Position numbers and translations under genes: made by a program | Shown here: positions 1-14,599 of the stretch, one piece after another | Numbering within the stretch: the first letter of the stretch is position 1 | Layout: every line of letters begins with the position of its first letter | The notes under the pieces: generated by a model | Database searches by the model: none | Told to the model about the DNA's origin: nothing | Seen by the model: the letters and a program-made list of their open reading frames with translations, nothing else | DNA from: the human T2T-CHM13v2.0 reference genome, Homo sapiens | DNA: 64,000 nucleotides | Assembly (NCBI RefSeq): GCF_009914755.1 | Contig: NC_060932.1 | Direction: 5' to 3' (one strand)

Positions 1-1124
1 AGAATTCTTGCTGGGTTCCTAGGGCTGTCCTGGCCTACATCTTTTCTAAAGCTTGGATGTCAACTCTTAAGTGTGTGAGGTGGCCCAGCAGCATTTTAGA
101 ATCAATCCTCACCCTTCCTTTTGTCTTTGGTTCAAGGTTGCCAAAATCAGTTTATTTTGCTGGCCACCTAAAGAATGCTAAGTCAAGAAATGACTATGCA
201 TTGCAATAAAATTACAGTGATAAACATAATGAGGAAACGTGGTAAATAATATTAGCAAGCCAAATGTCCTTTTACTTGACTTTGGATAGAGAATTGGAGT
301 TAGCCTGAAGAAAGAGATTGAGGAGATTTGAGTTTTCCCAAAGCTTATTTCCAGAAACATTTTTCCTAAAGTCAATCCTTCTTCTTCATACTATAAATTC
401 TGTCTTCCCAGCTGCATTGTGTTTTCCATAAGTTGCTCAGCTCAAATGACTAAGGATATTTCCAAATAAGTAGGCCACAAAGTGTTTGAGAAACTGAATA
501 TAGAATGAAGCTTTTCAGGTTCTTCCTGATTAGTATTAATGGCATGTGGCTTTGCATACTAAAGTCCAAAACTGCATGTTTTCTGACCCCTGTGTTATTT
601 TTATAAAGATCAGGTTTGCCTGAAACCTAAAAACAAGGTGTGCTAATGACATTTTAAATTATCAAAGAAATACTTCTTATAAAATAAAAACAAGGCAAAG
701 CAAAGACAAACCCACTTTACAAAATAAAAAGTAAAAATCCTCACTCCCCAAACCCATTCCCAGGAGGCAGATCTTTCTAGGTGTTTTTCTACCATAAGCA
801 TAAACATAAACAGATGGATGGATGGATGGATAGATATGCATAGACAGAGATGTAAGTAAATGTAATGGGATTATCTTCTATACATTGTTCTGCATCCTAC
901 TTGTTTTGTTCAATAAATGACATCTTTCATATAGTACATGTGGAAATCTCATTTTTATTTTTTAATCTCATTTTTTAAGGAAATCTGCATATTTTTCCAT
1001 AGTACAGAATTATCATAACTTATCTAATTCTTCTCCCATTTGATATTGCAATGAATATCCTTGTATAACCTTGTCCACTTGTGTGAGGACTTAATAATAT
1101 TAAAAATAACAACTATATTAATAG

Positions 1125-1320
1125 ATAACATTTGAGTGTTTGCCATGTGCCAGGCACCATTCTAAGAAACAAGCACATGTTAATTTCACTTCATTTTTCA
1201 GAACAACCTTACTAAGTAATTACTATGACCAACTCAATTTTTCAAATGAGGAAACAATTTATGAAACTTAAAGGTGGTACAACTAATATGTGGCAGTTGT
1301 TGAGATTAAAACTTGGCAGT
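1125..1320 (-). mobile_element. MIR
   Basis: TTGAGTG..ATGTGCCAGGCACCATTCTAAG..TTTTCAAATGAGGAAAC. Confidence 0.55.
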
Positions 1321-1324
1321 CACA

Positions 1325-1510
1325 GCTGGGCACTGTGGAACTTTCCTATAGTCCTAGCAACTCAGAGGCTGAGGCAGGAAGATTGATTGAGCCCCAGTGT
1401 TTCAAAGCTGTAGTGCACTATGATTGTGCTTGTGAATAGCCACTGCACTCCAGTTTGGACACTGAGACAACAGGGTGACCCCTGACTCTCAAATAAACAA
1501 AAAACCAAAA
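1325..1510 (+). mobile_element. FAM-like fossil Alu monomer
   Basis: Contains 7SL-like TGTGAATAGCCACTGCACTCCAG; single monomer. Confidence 0.7.
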
Positions 1511-1551
1511 ACTTGGGAATTTTGACTCCATGCTTTTTTAAAAAAAAATTA

Positions 1552-1730
1552 TTATTATTATTATTTTAGAGACAGGGTTTCACTCTGTCACCCAGGCTAG
1601 AGTGCACTGATGTGATCATAGCTCACTGTAACCTCGATCTCCTAGACTCGAGCAATCCTCCTCCTTCAGCCTTCCAAGTAGCTGGGACTACTTGGTGTTC
1701 CAGCTGTGGTGCATGCCACCACACGTGGCT
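1552..1730 (-). mobile_element. Alu right-arm/FRAM-like monomer
   Basis: Reverse Alu arm with a (TTA)n tail. Confidence 0.75.
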
Positions 1731-1774
1731 GACTCCATACTTCAAACCATTCTCAACAGAAGTACAATGACTAA

Positions 1775-2073
1775 GGCCTGGCATGGCGTCTCACACCTGT
1801 AATCCCAGCACTTTGGGAGGCCAAGGCAGGAGGACTGCTTGAGCCTAGGAGTTTGAGACCAGCCTGGGCACATAGCAAGACTCCATCTCTTCAAAAAAAT
1901 TTTTTTCAATTAGCTGGGCATGGTAGTGCATGCCTGTAGTCTCAGTTACTTGGGAGGCTGAGGTGGGAGTATTGCTTGAGCACAGGAGTTCGAGGCTGCA
2001 GTGAGCTAGGATCACACCACTGCACTTCAGACTGGGTGACAGAGAGAGCCCATTCCTTAAAAAAAAAAAAAAA
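1775..2073 (+). mobile_element. AluJ
   Basis: Dimeric Alu, A tail, TSD-like AAG(T/G)ACAATG(A/G)CT. Confidence 0.9.
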
Positions 2074-2161
2074 GGACAATGGCTGGGTCACCAGGTATGT
2101 ACATTTGAAGTTTTCAGAGGTACTGACAACTGCTATCAAAAGATTATACTAATTTATATAC

Positions 2162-2320
2162 CTTTATCTTCTGACGTGCTGCAAACTGTTCACTTGCAAG
2201 AAACAATGGCAGCCATACATTTTCTAGCCTATTTTGCACATGCTTCTGGATTTCAACTAGAACAGGTGCATCAAGCTGCTCATGAAGAATCTTCCCCCAG
2301 CCACCACTTAAATGCATTAC
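2162..2320 (-). CDS. RGS22: RGS22 internal coding exon, 159 nt (VMHLSGGWGKILHEQLDAPVLVEIQKHVQNRLENVWLPLFLASEQFAARQKIK)
   Basis: TTCTTAG acceptor, donor AAG|GTATAT. 53 codons; C-terminal RGS motif 'Q..V...LE...LP.FL.S'. Confidence 0.94.
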
Positions 2321-4106
2321 CTAAGAAAATTAAGATGGAAACAGAAACTATTGTGCTTTCTAAAAGAAACACTAATAGTCATTAATTCATTCATTCACTA
2401 CAAAACCATTTGCTGCACCCTGAGGGGTGCCAATTTTCATTTTCTGTATAACATCTCCTGGCTATACTGAGCAATAATTCCCCTAAAATCAGACAGACAA
2501 TTGTGGTTTATGTGCTGGTTGTTTTAGATGTATGATTTGTGCTTACTTATGATATATCAAAAAGAACACAGAAGTGGGATTTTTATCCTGTGTGACCACA
2601 GCAATGGCATTTTTTTCCCTCCATGGACTCAGTATCTCCAACTGAAAAATGAGGACATTAGTCTATTAGTTTTCTAATATCCTATGAATCTCTGATTCTA
2701 GTCATATTGATCCACTTAAGAATTTTCTTCTGTGGATGAGGAAAATGTGTTAATTAAACGACAACCTTGACTCAGATATTATAAATACGTATATTACCAA
2801 CAAATGTTGGGTTGGAGATAGGATGATGGCAGCTGTAGTGCACTATGCACCCAGAACAGTGCAGTTGTAGTGATAGCAATGTAGGGCTTTTCCAACAACC
2901 TCTAAGCAGAAAACAGAGGCAACAGGAAACAGAAAAAGGTCATGTTTTATAGATAATAAGTACCATTTGTAAAACACAACTTCTTTGTGATCTAAATTTT
3001 CCTTCTGCTTAATGATTGGCTTCAACAAGCTACTAATAGCTTTTTCCTGCCATAACTCATTCTTGTTTCTACCTGTTTCTGTGTACATACCATTCAAAAT
3101 TTCTGGATTGCTCAGTGGAACAACTGCCCTCTTCTTTGTTCTCCTTTGAGCAATAATGTTAATATAATACCACTACTAATACTATTGTTTTATATAAAAA
3201 CAAAAAGGAAATCCTCTTCTTAGTTCTCCTTTAATAATATCATTAAATAATATCAACACTAATATTTTTCTGTATAAAAACAAAAAAGAAAAAGAAAAAA
3301 AAAGACTACCTTGCTAATCAAAGAGCAAATTGGCTGCACAACTGAAATCTGGACTAGCACGATCTTTATAAAACAATGTGATGCAGACATCCTTAAGTAT
3401 AAAATACATTTTAAAAGTGATGACAAAGACAAAGAAGGATCATTGGGGAAAATCCTCTGTAGTAAGCACATCTATTTGCTATGATAGCAATGGGTGACTT
3501 TCACTGACTTAGATTCTCAGCATGTTGTGTGTACTATGGAGGATTCACACAGTAGCATGAGATACCATGAAACCTCACGCAATGTAGCACAAGCCAAATA
3601 GAAAACAAATGCTTTCCATGTGTTTATTTCATACTTGTGCTTATTGAGACACCCAACCACTTTTGCTAATGTGTCCCAGATTTGTATCTCAGGGAACTAA
3701 GGACAAAGCATTTTTGTCAAAGTTGCTTAATTCCAGAATTCCTGCTCCCTCTCGCTCCCAAAGCCTTTTGCCAATTTCTCCTGCACCCCAAAGATCTAGC
3801 TTTTAAATTTGGTATGCCTTACTTGTGAACCTCTCTGAGTTTTTCTTTAATTTACTGAATTTAGCATTAATCTGAAATTTGTATTTTATTAATATATACC
3901 ATTAGAACATGCATTCTTGTAAACTACCAAACAAAAAAAAATGATAAACTATACATTACATCTTTAGGTATGAATGTAATATTAACAAACTTCAAGCTAA
4001 ATAAATTATGATAATTATTTATATTTCAAAAGTATAAAAATTGCGTCATATTTCATGAGCAGTGTTACATGAACACAAACCTACCGCTGAATCCCAATTT
4101 TTTATA

Positions 4107-4138
<32 letters not shown>

Positions 4139-4140
4139 CA

Positions 4141-4472
<332 letters not shown>

Positions 4473-5104
4473 TAGTTATTTAGTTATTAATAAATTGTGA
4501 TTAAGGCCATAGGACTTTGGTCCAACAAAATGTTCAAACTGTCCTGGTCAATAAAAATATTTTCTGGGGAAAATACAATTGTAAGGAGGATTTTCTTTTC
4601 TTTCTTTTATAATATTTGCTCAAGGTTCCATAGTAAAGAGGATTTTCAAAGATTGATTATATTTAGAGTAATATCAGTTCAGAGAAGAACAGAAAAGTAG
4701 TAGAGATTTAGCTTAATGGTTGATAACAGCTGTTTTCCTACATGTTGACAGGTGCAGGGAGCTTGTCCATCTTCTTCACCACTTTATCTTGAGCACCTAG
4801 AACAGTCTGGCATAGTGAAGGCACTCAAATTTATTGAATGAGTCAATGAGTAGGTGAATAAAAGTTATTTTATTCTATAAACTACTTTTTAGAGTAACAC
4901 ATTTTTATACTATATAATGTTTGAGTATTAAAGACATTTAATTTATAGATGCTCATAAATACCTAAATAAATATCAAAGGTCTTTAACACATTAGTCATA
5001 AGCAAAAGAAAATAAAATAAGAGACTTTCAGGTTGTTGGCAAAAATAGAAATAAAATACCGGTTTTCAAACATCAATTAAAAAAATAGGTTTGCATGTTG
5101 ATAC

Positions 5105-5267
5105 CTGGTTCTGCTGATACAGAGAAGCTGGACTGTTGGGTCCAAAGAAATATTTTTTATTAAGGTATTTGTTTTTAATGTATATAGATTTTGCCTTCCT
5201 TTGATTTCGATCTCTGTAAGTTATTCTCCGGAACTGCTCAATGTCTGTCCAGCACATAAGATCCATG
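5105..5267 (-). CDS. RGS22: RGS22 internal coding exon, 163 nt (MDLMCWTDIEQFRRITYRDRNQRKAKSIYIKNKYLNKKYFFGPNSPASLYQQNQ)
   Basis: TTTTAG acceptor, donor CAG|GTATCA. One nt plus 54 codons; peptide recognised as RGS22. Confidence 0.95.
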
Positions 5268-5644
5268 CTAAAATGAAAACAAAAACAATGTATAGCTCTT
5301 CATATTTCTTCCTCTAAATTCTAGTAAACACCCGATTGTTGTTTTGACAGAACTTAGAAAGTGGCTATCTTGACTAGTAGCATTAGATCATGGAAATAAC
5401 GAACCCAATATTGTATCTCTGATCCCTTTCTAGGCTAGTTCACTTGACTCTATTACACTCCTAATCCTGGCTAAATATATGAATGATGACAAAGGAATTT
5501 TGGGATCAGAAAAAAAAATCCGTCACCATTATTGGTGGGATCTCAGAGTTCTTTCACTAATTTCATCAATTTCAAAAATGAGAAAATTTCCACATATGTC
5601 ATGTCATTCGACAAAAGGTCAAATTTAGAATAATCCTCATCTTG

Positions 5645-6235
5645 ATGGGTACCAAAAAATAGAAAGCTTGAATAAGGGCCAGGCACAATGGCTGATACCT
5701 GTAATCCCAGTACTTTGGGAGGCCAAGGCAGGCAGGCAGATCACTTTAGGTCACGAGTTTGAGACCAGCCTGGCCAACATGGCAAAATCCCATCTCTACT
5801 AAAAATAGAAAAATTAGCTGGGCGTGGTGGCACATGCCTGTAATTCCAGCTGCTGCAGAGGCTGAGGCATGAGAATCACTTGAACCCAGGAGACGGAGCC
5901 TGCAGTGAGCTAGGATCATGCCACTTCAGCCTGGGCGACAGAGTGAGACCTTGTCTCAAAAAAGAAAAAAAAAGAATGAGTAAGAACTACTATTTGATAG
6001 CACAATAGGATGACTATAGTCAATAATAACTTAATTGTACATTTAAAAATAACTTAAGGTATAACTGGATTGTTTGTAACTCAAAGGATAAATGCTTGAG
6101 GGAATGGATACCCCATTCTCCATGATGTGCTTATTTCACACTACATGCCTGTATCAGAACATCTCATGTACCCCATAAATATATACATGTACTATGTAGC
6201 CACAAAAATTAAAAAAATTAATAAATAAAAAATAA
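5645..6235 (+). mobile_element. L1MA/L1PB-type 3' end split by an Alu
   Basis: TTTGATAGCACAATAGG..GGATACCCCATTCTCCATGATGTG..TACCCCATAAATATATAC plus A-rich tail. Confidence 0.75.
5677..5973 (+). mobile_element. AluS
   Basis: Full dimer inside an L1 3' end. Confidence 0.92.
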
Positions 6236-6828
6236 AAAGATAGAAAAATCCTCATTACAATGAAGGGAAACCATATACAGTGAAATTTGGCTCCCAGATC
6301 TTACCAGTTTCTGTTAACTAGGGAGAATATTAATAGGAAAAAAATATATTGAATACTTCAGTTTATATTAGATAAATATGTTATAAGGTTCCAAGATTCT
6401 GGGTAAAACTACAATGTTTCGTTTATAAATCTGTTAATAAAAATTATAAAATATAATTTCAATATCTCAATGAAATATAAAAAGGACACATTCCAGAAAC
6501 AGTAATTAAAATACCAGTCTAGAGAAATATAAAAGAAAGAAACAGTAGAAAAGAGAAAAAATAAAGCACACTGGTATTTTAACTTAGCCAATGCTGAAAG
6601 TATCAACATATGTAACCACTTAAAAGAACAATATGGAGGTTGATACAATCAAAATGTACTCCATCTTTAAAAAGTTACCCATACAGATTTCAGATAATCA
6701 TGTTTGTCAGTTTTTATTGACATGAGTAAAATCTGTTATAGCACCAAATCACTTTTATAATATGTTGAATCAAAAATAGTAGCTTAGAAAAATGTTTTCA
6801 GTGAGAAATATATGGTTATGTCCCTCAC

Positions 6829-7001
6829 CTTGAAGAATGAGTCTCAAGAAACTGACGGAAATGTTCAAACTCCAGTTTGTTGTTAAGCAGATCACTAAAC
6901 TTAAAATGCTTGTATTCTGCAGGAACATTATCCCAATATTCTGTTCGTTTAGAGACGTTAGAGAGTGATAAAATGCCAGTTCCAATTTCACAAGTGGTGT
7001 C
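6829..7001 (-). CDS. RGS22: RGS22 internal coding exon, 173 nt (DTTCEIGTG...FKFSDLLNNKLEFEHFRQFLETHSS), start of the next RGS domain
   Basis: CTAG acceptor, donor AAG|GTGAGG. 57 codons plus 2 nt; 'F.DLL....F..FL' RGS signature. Confidence 0.93.
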
Positions 7002-7483
7002 CTAGTGAAATAGTACTTTTCAGCAAAAATCTCTTAAACACAACAGATTGTTTACAATTTTAAGTAGAGAAACTGAAAGAAAAATCAACCATTAGGCCAA
7101 AGCCATTTAATAATTCAATGGCAGAGTGGGTAAAGACTTTAGAATCTGGTAAAGAATCTGATTCAGATTCTAACATATCAAATTCTGTTCTGTTTATTTT
7201 CATTCCATTCCCTTCTTTTCATAAATGTTTAGTAAATATTTACTATACAAAGCACTTGCTTGTAAATTATTAACTTTGATATATTTTTCTAAGTATAGAA
7301 GTAAAATGTCTTTTGTAATAAGAAAATAAAAATCATACATAATACTACCATTCAAAGATAACCACCATTAACATTTTTTAATATATCCTTCCAGTCTTAC
7401 TTATATATGTGTAGTTTATAAAAAATGAAGAAAAGTATAAAAATAAAAATTAAAAATAAAAACAAAAATAAAAAGTGAAGATT

Positions 7484-7549
7484 AGATACTATGATGGTTG
7501 CATAGTTCAGCAGATTGAATTCATGAAGAGATTTACAATGTCTGATGTA
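7484..7549 (+). ncRNA. SNORD77 (U77)-like box C/D snoRNA copy or pseudogene
   Basis: Box C ATGATG (7491), guide GCATAGTTCA (7500-7509) complementary to 28S rRNA UGAACUAUGC, D' CAGA (7511), C' ATGAAGA (7523), box D CTGA (7542). Closely resembles the GAS5-hosted U77 sequence as I remember it. Confidence 0.85.
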
Positions 7550-8919
7550 GTTTCAAAATATAAAGATAGGATTATGCACCTATTTATAGTTTTGTGATCT
7601 GGTTCTTTTTCTTAACAACGTATCATAAACATAAGATATTCTTTTATAACATAATTTTTAAAAGTTATAGAGTAATACAAGCTACCAATCTAATAATACA
7701 TCCTTCAAATATAATATTAAAATATAATATAAATATAATCGCCTTCATATAAAAGTTAATTTTTAGGTAATTTTATGACCTCTGATGTTTTGTGAACAGT
7801 TTACAAGCACGAAAGGGCAAAGGGGAAAAGAGTCTTATTCTTTGTAAGGCCCTTCCTTATATAATTCCTTACATAACTAATTCATCTCCCTATTTGTTTT
7901 TGTAAAGGATCCATGAGATAAGCTACCAATGTTTTAAAAATTAATTTCCTTATGTAGAAGGATTGTGGATAGTATTATAAAGTTTAGTTCATAGAGTTTA
8001 CAATACAACCTTATATCTTGCTACCTTTATGGATTTTTATGTATCCTTTGCAAGCTAGTAGTAGTGTATCAAATAGAGAACTTCTGGATAAGAATAAAAA
8101 TTTCAGATATGTACAAAGAAGAAAGTTTAAAAAAAAATCACCTGAAACCTTACCACTCAGAGTTAACTATCTTTAATATTTTGGTGAGTGTCTTTTCAGA
8201 TATTTCTTTTTATACTTATGGATACATGCAGAAATACATATATAATTTTACATAAACAGGATCGATCATACCATACCAGTTTTTCTGTTCCAAAAATTTT
8301 AATATATCTTAAACACTTTCCAGGTCAATTAACTGTCATTTTTATGTAGATGCACAAATTTAATTTTATGGCTTTAAGGATTTATTATGTTTACTTAGCC
8401 AATCCAAAAGATTCAACTTTATGAATCAAAATAACACTTTAATATCCTAATCAATCCTATGATCTTTTTACCGTCTTCCTCAATTCCTTCCCATACTTTT
8501 TCTTCATTGTTTTCCCTATCGCTGTCACGCAACAGTTTCTTTTCTGTTTAGAAAATTTAATTTAACTGTTTTGTAACCTGACAACAAATAGAAAGAGCAG
8601 CTGCCATATAGAAAATAACTGATAACATTCAGAGGAATATAACACAGTTGAAGGCTCCAATGTCTGGTCTTAGCTAAGGCAAATGAGTGGCCTGGCTCCC
8701 TACCAAATACCTCATCTGCTTTGTTTTTCTGGCTCTCTTGTCAAATATGTCAATAAAATGTAACACCTGTCAAATGCAGCATGCTAGGCAAAGGAACAGC
8801 AGAAAAATGAAACTGCCTATATGATCTCGTCACTCTACAATCTCCCCCTGCCCCATACATAAAGTGGTAACCCTCTCCAGGATAAAAAGTTTGTTTTTCT
8901 AAGTAGAAAGTTGCCTTAC

Positions 8920-9012
8920 CTCAGCTTTCTTGGAAAATGTCTCTTTATGCAAAGCCTGTAGCTTTCTGAAGTATGTGGAGTCTAACTGTCGAGTTTCTTC
9001 CACCAGCTCCAC
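8920..9012 (-). CDS. RGS22: RGS22 internal coding exon, 93 nt (VELVEETRQLDSTYFRKLQALHKETFSKKAE)
   Basis: T-rich TAG acceptor, donor GAG|GTAAGG. 31 open codons, phase 0/0. Confidence 0.92.
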
Positions 9013-10705
9013 CTAAAAAAAATAAATAAAGCTTGTGACATCAAGAGAATGTACAATTTGCTAGTAACAGTGGGCTGAAAAACAAATACAGTTGCCAATA
9101 AAGGAAATTATTTTCAAAGCAAAAGCAGGAAGATAACATAGTTTAAAAGATTAGCTACAGCAGGGTCACACTTCAAAAGGATGCAATAAAAAATGCATAC
9201 ATTTCTATGTAATGATATAGTGCCACCAAAGATCATTCCTCCTTTCTGGAGGAATGTAAACTTACAAACAATGCAAATATATTAGTCACATTTCCAGCTT
9301 CTATTCAATATAACTTGATAATAGTCATGAAAGCAGATGCCACTAGCTTTAGGAACCAAATAATTCACAGAACAAGAAATGACCAGACTCCATGTTGTTA
9401 TTAGTATGTGAGCAAAGGCTTTAATGCTGTAGTAAGAGAGGAGACCATCAATCATCAAATAAAACCTCATAGCAGGTCTCTGTCTTCAGAGTTTGTAATG
9501 TACTACTTCATATAGTCAGGAGAACAAGACCATTTTCTATTTCTCTATTGCAGGGGAAAATCAGCTTGGCTGAAGAGCTGCCTGAGAACTTTCTTTATTT
9601 AATAGCTAGCTTTGATAGTCTGCTGGGTTATTCTTTTTGGGAAAGAGTCTACAGAATACAGTCAGCTGATCTTTTAGATAAGTCCTCATACTTCCAGAAG
9701 GAAGTTTCTGGAACTAAGAGAGATTTATTTTTCCTCCTACTAAAAACTGTACAATTTGTTTCATCCATTTTATAAGAATCATGACTAATGCCGAAACTTT
9801 TTGGTTTAGGGAAGTTAGTTATAATTCCAAATCTTTTTTTTTTTAAAACCATTGCACCCTCTACGGCATACACTATATTTAAAATAATGACTGGAGAGAA
9901 TTTTTTAAAACTTCATCTGATATCCAAATTTCCCTACTGTAATAAATGCATTTTTATAATAAAAAGGATACTAGGCTAATTTTTCAGGACAAAGAGAAAT
10001 CTAATTATTTTGGTCATTGAACTTAGTAAATCATAATAGTTGTTTCAGTCACGATCCAATAAGGTAACTCTATCCAAGGTGTTTTGGTATTAATTTTGTA
10101 TGACGATCTAAGAAGTTGTTGAGGAGATGTGAACAAAGAATAACAATGCAAAGGCAGCAGAGTTCCGCCTGAAATGACCTCAGGTACACAGTACATGCAT
10201 TAACTTAATATAAACGTATACATAGATGGTTTTAATTTGTGATTCAAAGTAAATATTTAAATAAATTGCCTCCACCCGTTAATAAAATAGGGAAAATATT
10301 CAAGCATTGAGGCTTAAAATGACCTCTTTCAGGATGACAAAAGACATGCTGAAACTTGTATCCAGTCAAGCAGTCTGACCTGATGAACATCTGGGGGTAC
10401 TTTAAAATAGAAGTACCAAAGTCAGAGGATCTGCTTTCCACAATACATATGAAACGTTTATGTTTTCCATAGGTGTAATATTAACTGAAACTCATCTAGC
10501 ATAAAATGAAATAGGCTTTTCTGTTAATCAAAATTCAGGCCACTGCTGAAAACTAGCAAGAAGGGCATATTTACTTATTCACAGGAAACCAAAACTCAGA
10601 TTTCTCTACTCTGACATACTTGTACGGAGAGCAAAAAATGACATAAAGTCTTTCGTTAGACAACAATAAGAAAACCGGCAAAAAAAAAAGAAAAAAAAAA
10701 TCAAG

Positions 10706-10764
10706 TGATGCCACTGCACTCCAGCCTGGGTGACAGAGCGAGACTCTGACTCAAAAAAAAAAAA
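10706..10764 (+). mobile_element. Alu 3'-end fragment
   Basis: GCCACTGCACTCCAGCCTGGGTGACAGAGCGAGACTCTG plus A tail, flanked by AAAA(A/T)TCAAGTG. Confidence 0.85.
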
Positions 10765-10842
10765 ATTCAAGTGGGTAAATACTTTCCCTGCCCAAATTTT
10801 GAGGCTACCCAAATCTTAACTCTAAATCTTAGGGCCACGTGA

Positions 10843-11225
<383 letters not shown>

Positions 11226-11277
11226 TATTGTAGTAAACCTGAATGGTTTCACACTCAATTTATCGGTGGCACGGTAC

Positions 11278-11472
11278 CTTTTTATAAGCAATTTGGTCCG
11301 ATTTTACCATCTTTGTCCATGGCTCAAGAAGGAGGAGAAGGATATATTCCTCTGCTGTGTCAAAAAGGTCTTCAAATGGTGGCTGTATTTTCATATAAAT
11401 TTCTTTTTTCTTTTCCTGTTGGAGTCCAATGTCAAGAGTGGCAGAAGGAGCAACGTATGTGGCAAAAAGATA
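11278..11472 (-). CDS. RGS22: RGS22 internal coding exon, 195 nt (YLFATYVAPSATLDIGL...FEDLFDTAEEYILLLLLEPWTKMVKSDQIAYKK)
   Basis: Long pyrimidine tract plus CAG acceptor, donor AAG|GTACCG. 65 codons; RGS-like 'Y(V/I)xxxA..LDI' and 'FDxA' motifs. Confidence 0.94.
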
Positions 11473-12038
11473 CTGAAGGAGAAGAGGGAAGAAGGGAGAA
11501 GATGTTAAGAGAAGCCACAATGGTTAGCAGACACCTCAACATAGGCATTTTTTAAAAACTAAGAGAAGGCAAATAAGCCCACGTGATATTTTTCTTGAAA
11601 ATATGGGTAAAACTACTTAACACGAAGCAATGCATCTATTCGAAAGACTTTGTTTTTCCTTTTGTTTTCCAATTTCTTCATCAGTAATTAGTCAATTTTT
11701 CTCAGATTACAAAAATCTGAGGAAGCACTAAATATTATTATGGTAAATTTGAGTTTATGTGCCTCTTTTTTTTCCTTTATCTTCACAACATTTCTAAAAC
11801 ACTTGTGTTACTTTCCAAAGTGGCTTGAAATACTTTTTTTTGGAAACAAGTGGCAAGAATACACTAGGACTAAAAAGCTGGCTATTAGTCTTCTGGAGAC
11901 CCAACAGACTACCAGCCCTACCAAATTGAGCTGCAGAGTTCTTAAGACTGTTGCTAATTACCCCTTTCTGCCATTAAGTCTTTCCATCTGGTATCCAATG
12001 CTGTGGAAGACATAAAGAAAAGCATAAGAGCGAATGGA

Positions 12039-12347
12039 GGCCAGGTGCAGTGGCTCATGCCTGCAATCCCAGCACTTTGGGAGGCCAAGGCGGGTGGATC
12101 GCTTGAGGTCAGGAGTTCAAGATGAGCCTGGCCAATATGGTGAACCCCCATCTCTACTAAAAATACAAAAATTAGCCAGGCGTGATGGTGCACACCTGTA
12201 ATCACAGCTACTTAGGAGGTTGAGGCAGAAGTAATTGCTTGAACCCGGGCGGCAGAGATTGCGGTGGCCCAAGATCAAGATCATGCCACTGCACTCCAGC
12301 CTGGGTGACAAAGTGAGACTCCACCTCAAAAAAAAAAAAAAAAAAAA
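12039..12347 (+). mobile_element. AluS
   Basis: Full dimer, TSD AAGAG(C/T)GAATGGA. Confidence 0.93.
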
Positions 12348-13108
12348 GAGTGAATGGAAAGATATACATAGAACCTCCAGCAAACCTGCCACAAATATCT
12401 GTTCCATTCTACTAATTGTCATGTCTCTCAATAATAGTTATGTATATCTGAGAAGCAATTTAATAACATTTTGTTTAAAAAATGTTTGCATACTGGATAT
12501 GTCATGCCCTGACATTTTAAATCAAGTTTTACTAAAAATCTCTAGTTAACTTATACTTTATTTCAATTTTATTTCATATACTTAGAATTTGAAACTGATA
12601 ATATCTAGATCAACTCAGAATAGACAGATACCGATATAAATTTGTACCAAACAGCAAGTAATAGTCTTATTTAAAATAATCTTTTAAGACTTAAAGGGTC
12701 CATGTTAACAACAGAAGCATTTACTGAGTACTCCATCTACTGCATCTTAGACACCTGGCTAGGTGCTATGTATGTAAAGATTAATGAACAAGAGTCAATG
12801 CCTATTCTGAAGAAGCCAATTTGGTGGTGACATGGAGATGAATATCAATGGTTATAATACAGGACGGTAAGTGCTATAAGAGAGGTATGTATTATAAATA
12901 AGATCTTTAATGATTCTTTTAAGCTCATCTCCCATTAATCATCTTTCAAATTTTACATTCAAATACAAAGTTTCTATAATTTCCCTAAGTCTTGCTATTT
13001 TGCCATTTCATACCATTGCACATATTGTTCCTTCCATCTTGGATGTCTACACTACCCCACATACCTTGTCTGCTTGATAAACTAATTTAGAGTTTAAAAC
13101 CAACATAA

Positions 13109-13421
<313 letters not shown>

Positions 13422-13711
13422 CTAGGAAGCTTTCACTCACATTCTCCCCCAACAATCACAATTTCTGCTGCTATGCCTGTCACTCTATAATGCAGTTATG
13501 TATTTATGTGTCTTCTCTTCTAGACTGAGATCCTTGAGGGCAAAGACTGTAGCTTATTCACTGGTGTATCTCCAATTCCTAGAACTGTTCTTGGCAGACA
13601 GTAGATGCCATAAACATTTATTAAATTTTCCAAATCCCTAGAAAAGACTCATTTATGTATTGGACTAGGGAAGGAAAGAATTCTAGAAACTCTTCAGAGA
13701 GAAGATAATTC

Positions 13712-13847
13712 TTTTTTTTTTTTTTTTAAAGAGATGGGGTCTTGCTATGTTGCTCAGGCTAATCTCGAACTCCTGGGCTCAAGCAATCTGCCCACCTTGA
13801 CATCCCAAAGAGCTGGAATTAACAGGTGTGAGCCACCATGCCTGGCC
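13712..13847 (-). mobile_element. FLAM-like Alu monomer
   Basis: Left-arm monomer with T tail; AGAAGATAA repeated on both flanks. Confidence 0.8.
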
Positions 13848-14599
13848 TCCAGAAGATAACTGTTAAGCTGAATCTCTAAAGATAAGTTGGAGTCAATAAT
13901 CGCACAATAGAGGAGGGTTGATGAAAGACGGCCCAAGCAGAAGCAAAACACAGGTCAATGCATGGAGGCCTATGGGAGCTTTAAAACCTATGGAGGGATT
14001 TTAGGCTTCAAGTAGGTAACACTGGCTAAAGGAAAGAGGTGAATAAGAGAAGATACTTTAAAGGGAGGCAGAGACCAGAGCATGAATATGATCTTTTATC
14101 CTTTGTTAAGGAATTTGAATTTTTACTTAAAGATATAATGGGGAATCTTTGAAGGATTTTAACTGAGGAGTGACGTCATTGGATGTGATAGTTTGAGTAA
14201 GATCAATATTTGAGGCAGTTTGGAAGTTATTTCAATAGCTAGACAAGAAATTATATGCCACCTTCACCTCTTGCTTGCTTTTTTGCAGTAGCCTCTTAAC
14301 TGGTCTTCCCAGACTCCTCTTGGCTTTCTTACAGTCTATTCTTACCACAGCAGACAGAAAAATCCTTTTGTGCAGCAGTCCTCTGCTCAAACTCTCTAGC
14401 AGCTTCCCATCTCACACATAATAAAAGTCAAAATCCTTATAATTACCTATAAATGGAGTTTTTGGAAGTCTCGCAATGATGAGGAGACAAGGATTATAGT
14501 TCAGGACCTGTCAGTGGGGAAGTCCCTGTAAACATCCTAAGCTCTCAAAACACCCTGAGAGCAGGAATGGACTAGATACTGACTCCAGCCTCGAGTTTT

